A stretch of 63,184 bases of DNA, filler included, from Squatina squatina (lineage: Eukaryota): NCBI GenBank assembly GCA_031763465.1. It is 4 parts of 3 records of this genome, joined end to end, with 100 filler letters (N's around TTAATTAATTAA, not from the genome) between each part and the next. Parts side by side here need not be neighbours in the genome. Positions count along the whole stretch, not along the records: positions 1 to 13,520 come from JARFOE010000192.1; positions 13,621 to 35,183 come from JARFOE010000192.1; 2 more parts are not named here. One strand, 5' to 3'. Positions 1-13,759 of the stretch are shown in pieces (within the stretch, counting starts at the first letter, position 1; each line of letters opens with the position of its first letter). The translations under genes and the position numbers were made by a program. The notes under the pieces are model-generated. The model was not told the DNA's origin. It made no database searches and saw nothing but the letters and a program-made list of their open reading frames with translations.

Positions 1-502
1 AAAGCAGAGGGCCGCTGTGCACTCTACAAGGCCTCTGATGGCCCCCACTAGGCCACCAGGGCAGCATTGGACTGGGCCTGCAGCCCAGCACCCAAAATGG
101 AATGCCGGGCTGCATGATGGTGGCACAGACCACGCTAAGGCCGCCATCCTGGAGCTGACCTGAGAGTCGGCAATCCAGAAAAGATGGCGACGTGGGGCGC
201 TGGCTGCCTCCCCTTTAAGTAGCGCCCCAAGAGCAGGTGTCGGCCAGCTTAGCGACCCGCAGGGCAATTTCACCCATGGGGCGGTAATGGGTCAGCATAG
301 GGTGGTGAAGGGTTGCCATGCACTCGCCGGCTGAGCGGAGGCCCGGGGCGTGCCACTGCCATGGTACAGCACCTCTGTAAACTCCCAGGCAATTTTCCAG
401 GAGCCAGTAGTGCTGCCCTACCGGGCAAAAACTCTCCTCCGCCCTGTTAGCACCCCCCCTGAGACGTTAACAGGCCTCTAAAAAAGGGGCAATTTCACCC
501 CC
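1..502. mobile_element. GC-rich non-autonomous DNA transposon fragment (Harbinger-like MITE), one terminus
   Basis: Colinear similarity with 11883-12363 (both begin GGCCGCTGTGCACTCT and end in GGG(G)C-CAATTTC..CCCC); abrupt switch to AT-rich DNA after 502. Superfamily inferred from the terminus, which reads GGGGTGAAATTG on the minus strand. Confidence 0.6.
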
Positions 503-2827
503 TTTATCTTTTCAACAGTTTTGAAAGTTAACACACAGATGTAGGACTGCCAGTGTACTGTCTTATCAGCATTTACTTTTGTTGTACATATTAACATAAC
601 TGCTTATTAGTGTTTTGGCCTATATTTTCTACAGTGGCTGAATCTTAGTAGTATACAATGAGATGGTATATGCAAGGTGACTGCACTAGCACCATAAATG
701 TTTGGAAGTACACAGCAGTTCGAACTCTGCTCTCTTTGCCCTCTTATGTTAAAGTGGTGTTAAAACAGTATTACTGTAAATGTTTCTTGTACATTTTTGA
801 CATGTTTCCAATTGTTTTGCTCTCACATTGCTATGTCCACACACACTGTAATGTTTTTCTTAAAATATGGATTGTAGTAACCTCACTGACCTTCAGTGAA
901 GTTTGTAAAACTTCAATATTGTAATAAAAATTCACTGAATGTGAATTGGGTTGAGGTATGTTTTATACAAATCAGGAAATAAACAAAATAAACAGCATCT
1001 GTCAAAAAAGGCAATGGACAATTCTAGATGTAGATTGTTCATCTTAACTGGAAAGATAAGCAAGACCCCTAATGGGTTTGAACATTGTTTTAAAAGATGA
1101 AAGAATAGCACATCAACCATAGAATGGCCTTTAAGCTGATAATTAAAAGAACAGGAAACTGATGGATGATATTGAAGATAATCTTAGCTTGACCATGAAA
1201 AGACATCAACAGAAGAATGTGAAAAAAACATATGAAAGCCCCACAAAGGAAAAAGATAAGCAAAAAGGGGGAAAAAAAAGATGCAAGAGGTTTGAAGTTC
1301 AAATGGAAAGTGCTGGAAATACAATTGGTCCTTAATAGCCAAAAAGAAAATAAGTCAGGCCAGCAGCTCAGGTACAGACTCTTATGCCAGAACTGTGTGC
1401 TGATGAAGGGTCTACTGTACCATGAGCAGAAAATAGAGTATACTAGATTGGAGGAATTGTATGGAAGTTGTCTCATGATTAAGAAATGTCTGGAACCCTG
1501 AACAATGGCGTGGGACAAGATGAGTGAACAGGTGTTTCATCTGCTGTGGTTACATGGGAAAGAGGAAGAGCAGATGGACATTGGCCTGGTGACAGAATAA
1601 ACAGTGGTAGCTTGAAGACAAAGATACTGCTGGAAAGAAGGGAAGCAAAAATGTGTTTGATGCTGGGATCATATTGTAGGTGGTAGAAATGGCAGATGAT
1701 CTGGCAGAACATGGACACTGGTGGGTGGAAGATAAGGGAGACCCGGTCATCGGCATCATAGAAAAGGCATAGCAAATGGGGCAGACATGGTCAATGGCCA
1801 TGTCAGTCACGATCAAGAAGGAACATTGGCTGAAGATAAAGGATGATATTGCCAAAGCTCTGGTGGCTAAAGTGGAATCATCTGAAAAGACGCAAGGGAG
1901 AAAAGGTTGGATGCCCCAAAATTCAGCAGAGGCATAACTTGTCATAAATACCAAGATGCGCTCACCTTTGACCTCTGCCACTGGCCCCGTTGAAGTTTGT
2001 GGGTCAGAAGGAGGTGCGTTAATTTGCCTACCATTGGTGAGTGCCCACACCAATGGAGGCGCATATGGAACACCGCTTTAGCANNNNNNNNNNNNNNNNN
2101 NNNNNNNNNNNNNNNNNNNNNNNNNNNNNNNNNNNNNNNNNNNNNNNNNNNNNNNNNNNNNNNNNNNNNNNNNNNNNNNNNNNGTTGGTTCATGTTTATC
2201 TGAGTAAGCTACACAAGTCAAGATGAAACAGAGTCTGATTGGGGGTAAAGAGGAACTGATATATAAGTTATACAGGCTGGAGAAGAAAGTGCCTATTGTC
2301 TGGTATAAAACTGCATTTATAAGGAGTTGTTATAGCTTGAAAAATGTTCAGAACAGTAATTAATGTACTGGCAAGTTTCGCAATAGGCAAATTTAACTGA
2401 AGAAAGGTGAGTAAAAATTGCAAGATATATGTGGGCCGCTTCTGCGGTGCTGTGTGTCAGGAGATCAGTTGTGCCTTGGTCACAGGATTGGAGAATTGGA
2501 ATTATGCCTGCTGAGTTGCAACTCTGCATTCTTGTGCATTTTATCTGCTGGAATTCATGCATTAGCTTCATTAAGTTTGATGCAAACACATTTAAATGAA
2601 TACCTGGCACAATTCTGCAGCACTTGCTCTGCCTTTGCACTTTATCTTTCAGTCCCTTTATGGGCAATGGATCAATTAAAGCCATACAGGTTTTGAAATT
2701 TTTTGCACAGTGCTTATAATACCTTTTTATTGCTGTTTATATTAGATATTGTTTCTATTTTTGTGAAATTTTGGGGGGATTCTTTTAACTCTTTGAGATA
2801 AGTCTGTTTCTTCCACCCTCCATCAAC

Positions 2828-3125
2828 AATCTTATCCAAAACTCTGCTGCCGTAACCTAACACGCACCAAGTTCTGCTCACCCCACGTGCTCGTTGACCA
2901 ACATTGGCTCCTGGTCCGCCAATTACTCAAATTTAAAATTCTCTGGTGGAGGATGGGAGGCTGGCCAGGAGAGCATTGGAATTGTCGTGTCTGGAGGTAA
3001 CAAAAGCATGGACGAGGGTTTCAGCAGCAGCTAAAAGCTGAAAATAGGCAGTCTTTGTGATGGAGAATACATAGGGTCAGAAGCTTAGTGTGGGGTCAAA
3101 TAGGACACCAAGATAGTGAACATTG
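2828..3125. mobile_element. L2-clade LINE ORF2 remnant in two inverted pieces
   Basis: Plus strand 2830-2943 is a degenerate QNSAA..LTRTK...HWL...FKIL motif; minus strand 2945-3030 reads AAETLVHAFVTSRHDNSNALLASLPSST. Both are typical of the L2 region after the RT domain. Confidence 0.7.
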
Positions 3126-4399
3126 CACATGCTCAGACTACACAATCCAAATTCAGCTCACCAAGTTACAGCACTTGGCAAAAAATATCAAGTCCAAGTA
3201 CAGCTTTTTAGGAAAGTCTGAGACCTTCACATAAAGGCATTAAAACACAAAGGACAATTCAATGGATACACCCTGTTATTGTGAAATTGTTTTTGATTTT
3301 TAAAACATTTTGTTTAATCTCTTATTTTGGACTTTAGAAATTTCAATTACTGAAAAAGTGGCAATGAAGAAAATACGCAGAATCATTTTGAGCAATTTGG
3401 AGGAACCCAGCGACCAGATTGCACCATCGGAGTGATGAGTTTACNNNNNNNNNNNNNNNNNNNNNNNNNNNNNNNNNNNNNNNNNNNNNNNNNNNNNNNN
3501 NNNNNNNNNNNNNNNNNNNNNNNNNNNNNNNNNNNNNNNNNNNNAGAGGTATAGTGGTATATATCTTTCATGAATAGTGGACTGGCCAGATGGACCTTAG
3601 TGGTCTTTTGTGATCCTGTATATTCCTTAAAGCTGCTAATCAGATTTAGCCAGTTTATTGGATTGGCATCTTAACAAGCCATGCATGGGTTGACATTAAC
3701 TCACAATAGTTGAGATAACAATGGGAAAAAGTCTTCCAGGAAGTACCTACAAAGTGGCGATTTCCTTGTCTCGTGTCTTACTCTATATAAGGGTGATTTT
3801 GTCAATGGGAGGATTTAGCTAAAGACCAAGAATAAAGGTCATATCTACCTATTTTGAAAGCTGCTGCTACATTCGTTCAACACTACAAAGTTCCATATTT
3901 TCATTCTAAAAGTTAACCAGAAGTCTGTCAGATGTCTTTTAGGAAAGACATGTTTGAAAATCATATTGCAGTACCATTGCAGGTACTGTGATATACTGCT
4001 CCATCTTTGACATTTTTCAGTTATACATAAATTGTCATGAAAGGCTTATATCTTACAGAAATATATATCAAAATGGAATCTTGATTTGTGAGAGGTTACA
4101 CAATGCTTCAGACTTTACTTAAATTTCAGGTAACTTTGAGAGAACCTGTGTCAGGAAGTCTGTGGTGTTGACCTTTAGGGAAGCTTTTGCAGTGGCTGAC
4201 ATTTGAAGGAAAGACATTTGGAGTACAAGTATATTCTATGCAATTTCAGTGGCTTAAAAATAACCATTATTTACTTCCTCCAAATATCCACAAGGGAAGA
4301 CATGAGCAACATGTCCTCCCCAAATAAAATTATCCCCCGTACAATCATGACTTTATTTTAAATTAGATTGACCAAAAAAAAATAAACTGCCAGGGATAT

Positions 4400-4765
4400 A
4401 TGGCATCTTGACTTTTCAGCCTAGAAAAGAGGTGACTGCTCAGTGATCTTATGGAGAGGCATTTAAGATTCTTAAAGGAATAGAACAATTTAATGCAGAT
4501 TATTACTTTAAATTAAACTGCAGGAGAAGAACTAGGAGACACAAGTTTAAGCTAACGAAAGACACCATTATGACCGATATCAGGAAATGTTTTTTCGCAA
4601 GGTGTGATTAAAAACTGTGGAATAATTTTCTGATAGATTAGCGGAGGCATAAACCTTGGAATTATTTGAGAAGCAACCAAATGCTACAATGGCGGAATGT
4701 TAGGATCTCTCTCTCGATGGATGAACTAATGTGGGTCGAATTGTCTTCCTCATCCATAATTATCT
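4400..4765 (+). mobile_element. CR1 LINE 3' end, degraded
   Basis: Degenerate FSLEKR...DL...FKILKG...TRRHKFKL, the CR1 ORF2 C-terminus, followed by a CR1-like tail. Confidence 0.7.
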
Positions 4766-4851
4766 TATAGTCTTGTAAATCAAGCTATGTTGTGAGAAAA
4801 GTGTAAAAAGAAACTCATGCTTTCCTAGGGGTAATAGTGGAGAAATACATG

Positions 4852-5529
4852 GGACCTGAAATTCCGGTCCCGACAGGCGTGTACAAAGTGCGCACGCGCC
4901 CGTAGGAACCCCGCAACGTCCGGGTTTAGGCTCGCCGCCCCAGGAGAAGGGTCCCCACGGGCAGAGAGTTGGGCTACCAACTTCTGCCCAATGAATGCGC
5001 TTCAAATTCTTACGCTGGTAAAAGTAGGCGTATGCTTTTATCAGCGTAAGATTTTAAAAAAATTAGAAAAATTATTTTTATCAATTATTCATATATTAAA
5101 ACCCTGTCCAGTAAGGTAAGTACATTTTCAGGCCTGTTAAAACATATTTAAAAAAATTAAAATTCAAAAACAATTTGTATAAAATATTTAATTAAATTGC
5201 ATTTTAATTAATTTTAATGTGAACTTTTGATTTGCATTTATTTAGATGTGTTCGTGTTTTTTTCGGTATTTGCATCCATAGTTATGGTGGTTCCATACGA
5301 AACCATACAAAAGTGTGAATAGGGATACCCCTACCTTGATCGCCCACGTGATCCCAGTGACGCACGCGAAATGCATACGCTTCAGGGATACGTGGGCTTC
5401 TATGCTGGCCTTCACGTAGAGGCCCAGAACTGCAAGTCGCCGGACCTCCCGAACCACCAGGTACTTTTGTAAAAATTTTCATGGTCGGAGGCTTTGCCGC
5501 AGGAAACCTCCAACCGCCATTTTAGGGCT
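4852..5529. mobile_element. MITE with terminal inverted repeats, same family as 33630-34249 in opposite orientation
   Basis: Left end GGACCTGAAATTCCGGT, right end ACCGCCATTTTAGGGCT. The reverse complement of the right end aligns with 33630-33705. GC-rich arms around an AT-rich core. Confidence 0.7.
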
Positions 5530-8500
5530 ACGGTTAATGAAGCTGCTGTTGAACAAACATCCTGTTAAATTTAAAATTGACACTAGAACAGATGTTACTG
5601 GGGATTTTAATTGTACGTATATACAGACAGAAAATAAAATCCCCCGAGAGAAGCAGATTAGATTTTGCATGGCTCTGCGTATAATCAGTTAGACGTGCAA
5701 GGGACATTTAATAAAAGGAAAACATCAACACAACAGGAAATTTACATTGCCCAAGGATTAAGAGAACAATTGTTAGGATATCCAGTAACAAAGGCTCTAA
5801 GCCCAATCTCCAAAACTTCTATGATAGACTCTTAAAAATCCAAAATGCAAAACAAAATTTCAAGTTATCTCAAAGTCTGGGGAAAATAAAACCTGTAAAA
5901 ATCAAATCAGATATTTGACCCTTTGCTCTCATGATTATGCAATGTATAACATTACGTTTACTGTCCACTGACCTGGATGGAGCATATGAGAGCAATAAAA
6001 ATGTGACAGAATAGTTGTACCTAAGCAAAATGAATAGGTTTGCATTTGTGTTAGCCTCATCAAACTGAATGAATGCACTTGTTGGGAAACTTGCCCACCC
6101 CGAATAGCTAATAAAATGTTAGGGCAGCTTTTGGATGCAAACTTTTTGCAAATGTGTTTTCACAAATGATGCTAGTAAATGTAATGCATTATTAAATACA
6201 TTTATCACACCCGAGCCCATCTTACTAGTTAAGAGTTCCTCAAAAAAGCGAGACAACACCAAGTGGGGGAAAAAGTTGGAGAAGGTGATACGTGTTACCA
6301 TGTTTCAAAANNNNNNNNNNNNNNNNNNNNNNNNNNNNNNNNNNNNNNNNNNNNNNNNNNNNNNNNNNNNNNNNNNNNNNNNNNNNNNNNNNNNNNNNNN
6401 NNNNNNNNNNTTTTTCGATCCATGGCAAACTCACCTTCATTTTTTGTGCACCCATTATTTTTGGCTAGGATTAACTGGCATAGCACTGGGCAAATGACAG
6501 AATAACATTTTTATAAAGACTTAACAAAAAATGCACTCAGCTCAAAAGCTGATTAGACTCAAGCTGGCAAAGGTGCTTAAGCTGTCCATATGACATAACC
6601 TTTTCATTAATTGGGGAGCTGCATCATTGATTAACCTGTGTGGAAGGAAAGACAGATTTGCATCTGTCGAATATCTATCTGAAAGAGTTCCACTTTTATA
6701 TGGTGTGTCTTTCTCAGACACTTCACTTGCCAAACAGTCAAAATTTCTGTGATTCCCAGCTGTGCTCAATTGCACTGCGGTCCCTGGTTGGGCAGTTAAT
6801 AAGTTAATGCACTACATCCCTGTTAAAGGCTTTCAGAGCAGAATTAGGGACTGAAATGTTCCAGTGCAGCTGGGTGGCTATTTGTTTTAGGTTCTTCAAA
6901 TCCATCTAAAGTAGCTGAAAATATTTAACAAATGCTTTCAGTCCTTTATCAGTTAAAACCAGGTCACTTAAGGAAAACTCCAGCTATATTAATTCAGAGC
7001 AGATGTTGCATTATGCCATACCTGGTGCAGCTTCAACTGTATCAAGGAACTTGGTTATCCAAATGTACTATTGGCACAAATAGTTGTTCAAACAGCTGAT
7101 CAGGCTGCTGAGAAACTAGGCTTATTTAAAAAAAAATCAAATGATCAAAAAGACATTGTGCTAAGATGATTGGTTAACATCTGCTCATACTTATCAAAAA
7201 TAAATATATCCTATTTTACTTCTATATTCATATTAAAAACACCACTATGGTTTTCTAACCTTTTCCTTGAAATAATTCAGCATATGCTTCCCATCAAAGT
7301 CTTGAATAATTCTTAGTAAATATAAGAATCAGCAACAGATGTTGCTCCTTGAAAATCCTCACTGCCAAAATAAAAACATTTAGCAAGGTTATAATGCAAT
7401 GCGAACTGGAGATTGCACCAAATAAAGTCTTCTGCTCCTGTATTTAACATGAAACCTGATTAGAATACATTTCACAGATATTGTATCAGTATCTTCAAGA
7501 ATTTTTGAACTATCAGTTTATAGAAGTAGGAGGCAGGCAGCCAAATACCTTGAAATGAGTTCTGGCACCTGACCAAAAATATATTAAGTTAGGGGGCTGC
7601 TAGTCTGAGGGATACTGAGCGCTCCACACTAAATTTGGAAGCACTTTAAGCATGGCCTGTTACAAATTACCATCCTCCCCTACCCGCATGCACATACCTT
7701 TCTTTAATGCATCAGGATAAAAGATGAAAAGTAGGGATATAACAAGATAAATAAAATTAATATGATGTGCGTTTGAGTAAAATAAACATTACTTGCTTTT
7801 AGTCAATGTTGGTGATGTAGTATAACACTTGGAAAATACTGGAACCAAATGAACTCACAACATCCTTTGAGTGCTGAGAAACAGCGGCCCAATATTACAG
7901 CAGTCTATATTAATATGTGTAAATCATCTGTTTTTCTNNNNNNNNNNNNNNNNNNNNNNNNNNNNNNNNNNNNNNNNNNNNNNNNNNNNNNNNNNNNNNN
8001 NNNNNNNNNNNNNNNNNNNNNNNNNNNNNNNNNNNNNTATGTTATTATACCTGTGACATTATAAGCAAATGCAATGACTGCCTATGTTTAGACGAACACT
8101 TCACAATTCCAAGTTCATGGTCACAAAGAGTCTTGCTAATTTCCAAAATTCAGTGGTTTTGTTTTATGCATTTTCTCTGTCTCTTACTATTAATGAGTAT
8201 AAACAAATTATAATTTATTTAACAAGTATATTTTACAGTATTTTATCGCAGGGAGATTAGAGAGTTACGCAATATGCCCAGAGTATAGATAGATCTCTGC
8301 TCACACCTAGTTTACAGAGTTTTGAAAATGCAGACAATGAGAAAGAATAGTAGGTGCAACTTTTACATTTTGAGCTGATAATAATCTAGTAACTTGAATG
8401 GGTTTTATTAACTGGCCTCTGGAGTATTAAAACTGCCTTCTGGTAATAAAGAAATAGCTTTCAGCTTGTGATAATGAACAAGTTGTTGTATAAAGCTTTT

Positions 8501-8919
8501 TTAGTGCAACAATCAATCGTGTGAGTAATTGATTGAAAATTGAAAACAAGCCAATTATAACACAGCTATCATTGGGAATGAGTGCAAAACTGGGGCCAAG
8601 ATGTGAATCTAACTGAAGTTGGCCCATCTACTCAGGCTGAGTTACAGCTAAGCTGTAATCAGCTCAGTTTATGTTTTTTTACCATACATCAATGCTCATG
8701 ATTTTGTAAATAAACTGAACCAATATTGAGAACATACTTCTGACCATGGCTGCAAGGTTAACTACTCAGTTTTGGGTTTAACTTTGTTTGGGTGGTGCCA
8801 GACTCCCAAACTAATGAGAAAATTTGAGTTAGTGGTAGCTTGTTATTCCTTAGGTACAATACTTTCCACAAATTTGATTTTCAGATGAGCGGTACATATC
8901 GGTGTCCTTTTTAGGAATC

Positions 8920-9205
8920 ATGACTCCACTCATGGTTCATTGGTGAAATGCAATGTCAGGCAGACACACGAGGAAGGTCCCAAGTTTGAGCCCTACTGAG
9001 TTAGCTGATTTCTGCTGGAACTGAATTTGAGACACAATAGCTGGTCTCTGTTTCTATGGGTTAAGGAGGAGAAAATATTGGCCATGACACCCATTATGAT
9101 CACTATCCAATGGCCCTTCTGGAAAGTATAAGTATGGACATCAAGTGAGGATAGAATTGGGCTTTGCAAAGATGGCCCTGCATGATCAAACAGCCTGACC
9201 ATGTT
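8920..9205 (+). mobile_element. Degraded tRNA-derived SINE (family also at 37145-37300, 46800-47090, 47600-47820, 59340-59440)
   Basis: Body motifs shared among copies (GAGTTAGCT.AT.TC, GGGTTA.GGAGGA..AAA, CAAACAGCCTGAC); the 46800 copy keeps box A and box B-like motifs. Confidence 0.55.
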
Positions 9206-9209
9206 CATT

Positions 9210-9358
9210 GATTAGCCACAGATATGACTCCAGGATGGTATGTTACCTCCCTGGTGCAAGGGTCAAGAATGTCATTGAGCGGCTGCAGGAGGGGGAGGAT
9301 GAACAGCCAAAGGTCATGGTCCATATCAGTACCAATGACATAGGTAGGAAGAGGAATG
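9210..9358 (+). mobile_element. CR1 ORF1 (SGNH esterase-like) fragment
   Basis: DSRMVCYLPGARVKNVIERLQ-EGEDEQPKVMVHISTNDIGRKR matches the CLPGA...VHVGTND pattern of CR1 ORF1 esterase domains. Confidence 0.75.
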
Positions 9359-11882
9359 NNNNNNNNNNNNNNNNNNNNNNNNNNNNNNNNNNNNNNNNNN
9401 NNNNNNNNNNNNNNNNNNNNNNNNNNNNNNNNNNNNNNNNNNNNNNNNNNNNNNNNNNTTCTTGCTATATGTGACTTTATAAAGGATTGTGTTTTTTCAT
9501 TTATTAACACAGTAATGAATGACAAGATGCATTTGGACAGTGCACATGAGATTAGCTTAGATTGAAGTTGAAAGATGGGACCATAATAACTAATAGCAGC
9601 TGTCAGTTCTAAATGTCTGACAAATACATTACTGAAACTGTACACTGGTTTAGTGGGGCTGCTATAAGTCAGATGTTTTGAATGAGTGATTCCATCTTAA
9701 TAGATGGATTCATGAAATATATGGTTTTCTAAATTGTAACAGTGGAGTGAAAATTAAGATGACAATCTCGAAAAAGATTATTAAAGAAGTTGTATCGTAA
9801 CATAGTCCTGGTTTAAAAGTCAACTCCCCACCAGATGCATTGCCCTAAGACCACCTTTTCTAGAAGGTCTCACTTCTGATATTAAACACAATTTCAGTGA
9901 ACGTTGCACTGCACATTTAGCATTGGTGCCATACAAAGGTTTACCTAGTACCAACACTAAACATGCAATAAACCCGCCTGCAGCATCCAGCATCCAAACA
10001 GTAATGAAGATTCAAGCACCTTGTTGAAATTGGGAAAGTCCACCATTACTACTTACAATCTGAAAGCATCACGCTTAGAGGAAACTGACAACCCTTGTGA
10101 TGCTTTTCAACACTAAGTGTGATGGTAGTTCTACAGCAGATTCATGCTGGCAGCTGCTGTGTTATCTGTCAAACCACTTTAGAGATTTCCTCACTGATAA
10201 GGGAAGCTGAATATTTGTCACACTCAGTCAGTCTCACTATCCCTAGGGGGTTGCTTTAAGTAACTTGCATTGTTCTCCTTTCAATGGCAGCAATAAAAAC
10301 AAAAAAGTATTTTTTCTTGAAGTTTGATATAAAGCATGTTGTATCGAAGCAGTAAAACAAATTAGTTTTTATTACATTTCAGCAACAAAAGCTGTTCCAT
10401 TTTTGTTTAAATAGTTTAAGATGATTGTGTCAAATTCCTCAAGAAGAAGCTATTTATTTTTAATGACTAACCTGGGTGTGAGAACAATTGTTGATTGAGA
10501 ATACAGTAGTTAAATAAAAAACATGTTCAAAAATTAAAGTAGCAGTCTCATCGATTAGTTGAGAATAGCAAGTTCCTCAAAGGGAACATAAATAGTGGCT
10601 TATCCCTCATGACAGAAATCATTTCTNNNNNNNNNNNNNNNNNNNNNNNNNNNNNNNNNNNNNNNNNNNNNNNNNNNNNNNNNNNNNNNNNNNNNNNNNN
10701 NNNNNNNNNNNNNNNNNNNNNNNNNNTATATGGATGGAGGATAGTGGAATGATGGGGTTAAAATTAAACACAATAAAACCCAATAATTACACCATAGAGA
10801 CGAATTCCAAAATTAGGATTAAGCACATAAAACCCTGCAAATATCAAGGTCATCATATTTCAGATCTTGATACATGTTGCCACTACCCCATTGTCCACAG
10901 TGGGTACTTCATCTTATTTCCCATACTGAGGGGCAGTATCTGTGTAGAGCTCACCCTCAGTTGCCTGCAACATGCACAGGTAACAGAATGAATCTCCATC
11001 GGGATGCAACTAATGTTGCACTTTAACTCATTGTTATATTATACTTGTGAAGACAGTTAGAAAGATTTCTCATTTACTTAAAGTATTTTATATTTTATCT
11101 AATTTTTCTTTCACTTTCAAACCTTGCTTGTAACTGATTTCACACAATCTTTTGGCCTGAATTCCAGAAAAAGCCTAATTAAAGTATTGTATCTTCTACT
11201 TTTGCTTTTTGACATGACAAATTATGGAAGGTCCCACCCAATTGTTGTAATAAACAATTTCAATTGAATCATTAAACTGTATTTACTCTTTCACATGTTA
11301 ATGAGCTTTCAGTATATTTCAACATTTTCTTTCAGATTTTCAACATTCACAGTTTTGTTTTTATAGGCACAAAATGATTCAGAACAGCGATTATCAATTT
11401 TTTAAAATGTTGAATGAGCAACGTATTGGTGCCCATTTGAATTTAACAAACAAAATGATTTTATTTTAAAATGTTTCTGAGCCATTTATTTACTTTGTTT
11501 ACTATGAAAGTTACCAAGATTTGAATATTTGTGAATACTTAAAAGGAAATTAAGCGTTGAAATGTTTTCAGTAAGTTGAGGTATGGTGAATGTTATTTCA
11601 ATTAGAACTTTGCTTTCTAGTTAATTTAACCAAACCATCTGAAAATTAACAGGTGTGGATAGGAAGAGTTCTGGAATCGCTGACTTCAGGAATGTCGTCT
11701 GTTACACTTGCCAAAATGACTGACTCCAAGATTATTGCCTGACTGATCAAAGAAGGTCAGGGGAAAGAGGTCACAGCACTCTNNNNNNNNNNNNNNNNNN
11801 NNNNNNNNNNNNNNNNNNNNNNNNNNNNNNNNNNNNNNNNNNNNNNNNNNNNNNNNNNNNNNNNNNNNNNNNNNNNNNNNNN

Positions 11883-12363
11883 GGCCGCTGTGCACTCTGC
11901 ATAGCACCTCGATGGCCACCACTGGCTCACCAGGGATGCTTTTGACCGGGCCAGCAGATCGACCTGCCGGGCTAATGGATGGTGACCCAGTCGAGGTGCG
12001 GGCCATCATCGGTCGGCCGACACAAGAATCAGCTGACAAAAAAAGATGGTGGCACGGGCGTAAAAGCCGTACCATTTAAGGGGCGGTGTGGGTGCCGAGG
12101 CTAGACAACGTCTTGCCCCGCGAAGCTGTTGGTGCCTTTGCCTCCTGCAGGCCTCGTATCACGTGGGCAGTGAGAGGTCAGCACACATCGATGATGTCAC
12201 GCGCTGGCATGCGGGGCACGATAAGGGCCTAGCGCCTCCGTGACCTCCCAGGCAATTTCCCAGAAGGCGAGATCACCCCCCACCAGCCCAGGGCGAAAAT
12301 CATTTATCGCCCCCCACCTTGGAAGCGCTAATGGGGCTAAAAGAAAGGGCCAATTTCGGCCCC
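11883..12363. mobile_element. Second copy of the GC-rich MITE seen at 1-502
   Basis: Same start motif and terminus GGGCCAATTTCGGCCCC; left side cut by an N gap. Confidence 0.6.
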
Positions 12364-13520
12364 TTAGTGTTCTAAAAATACAGCCATAGGAGACAACACA
12401 GAAAGCAGCAGCTGATTGTGTGGACCTCAGGAGAATTCTCATCTGACAGATGCAAGATACAATGAGCAGTTTACAAGAAATGTAAAGCTGGCATTGCCAG
12501 CAGCTTCAGAAATAGCTGAATTGGCTATTGTATGAAGGTGGTTCTCAGAAGTAGAGAGGAGAAAAAAAACACATATTTGGGATTGGACTACTGTAAACCT
12601 CACACTGAGAAACAGTTGAAGACATGAGGCATGAACAGGCAATAAATTGTCAAGGCATTTTTGTTAGGCATGAAAATTGTTATAAAGTAGGAGATTACAA
12701 ACCAGGGTTATCATCTAGGTCAGACTCGTCTTGTTTCAAAGCAGACGGGCAAACAAATACATTGGCTTGTAGTGAGCTAACACAGACAGTTCATATGTTG
12801 TCCCAGTATAGTGCTAGTTTTTGAGACATTATATGCTCAGTACTTTAGTTCCCCAAATGCTGATTTTTCCTTCTCAGCCCCCTTTCAATGGCATATCAAG
12901 GTAGAAACTGCTGCAAAACTTTATGCAACAAATGTCACCACCAGTTCATATTACTCCTAATCTAATTAAACTGCAGATTAATACAAGTGATTGATTTCAC
13001 ACAAGTGGCTGTTTCTAATGTACTCAGAGCTGATGTAACAGGGACAGCAATGCCTCAGTCAGAAAGAGCTCTGTGGGAACAGTCCATGTAATGTTCTAGG
13101 GTTAAATGCCTCAGTTACGACGAGACCCTGTGTAATGAAATTTCACTGCCAATTGCATTCCATCACTAAAAGCTGTCACAGATAAACTCGGTAGGAGCCA
13201 AAATATTTAACCATTCAATAGACATCAATATTTGACACCACATAACTGAAATCATACAGAACAGTTTATGGATATTTAGAGCAACTCAAAAAATACTTTA
13301 TCAACTGCAATCATGCCCCAAGTATCATGTCTTTACCAATTTCTACCAAATCTCACATGACTAAATTAGAAAATACTAGCTGCTTTACTTATTAGAAACA
13401 GCCAGACTATTGAAGACTTATCAGCAAACAAAAGCTTTTTTCATTCGGGTCAATTATTACTTGCTTATATTACTAAATAAAGTTGACTACAAATTATTCA
13501 TATGCTGATTTGCATAATAG

Positions 13521-13620
13521 NNNNNNNNNNNNNNNNNNNNNNNNNNNNNNNNNNNNNNNNNNNNTTAATTAATTAANNNNNNNNNNNNNNNNNNNNNNNN
13601 NNNNNNNNNNNNNNNNNNNN
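13521..13620. other. Artificial concatenation spacer (N44-TTAATTAATTAA-N44)
   Basis: TTAATTAATTAA at 13565-13576 gives stops in all six frames; the same structure recurs twice more. Confidence 0.97.
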
Positions 13621-13759
13621 GAGGTGGTGCTGAGGCAGCAGCCAGTCAATGGCCAGAACACCATCCATGTTGTCAACTTCCCCTTGTCTTGCTCAATGTT
13701 GCAATGTCTGAAGTCCGCAGCACAAAGGAGCAATGCAATGTCAGTTTTGGGGCACTCAT

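Noticed and set aside
13565-13576. TTAATTAATTAA palindrome recurring three times as a biological motif
   Set aside because: Always centred in a 100-base N block; it is a six-frame stop linker added during concatenation.
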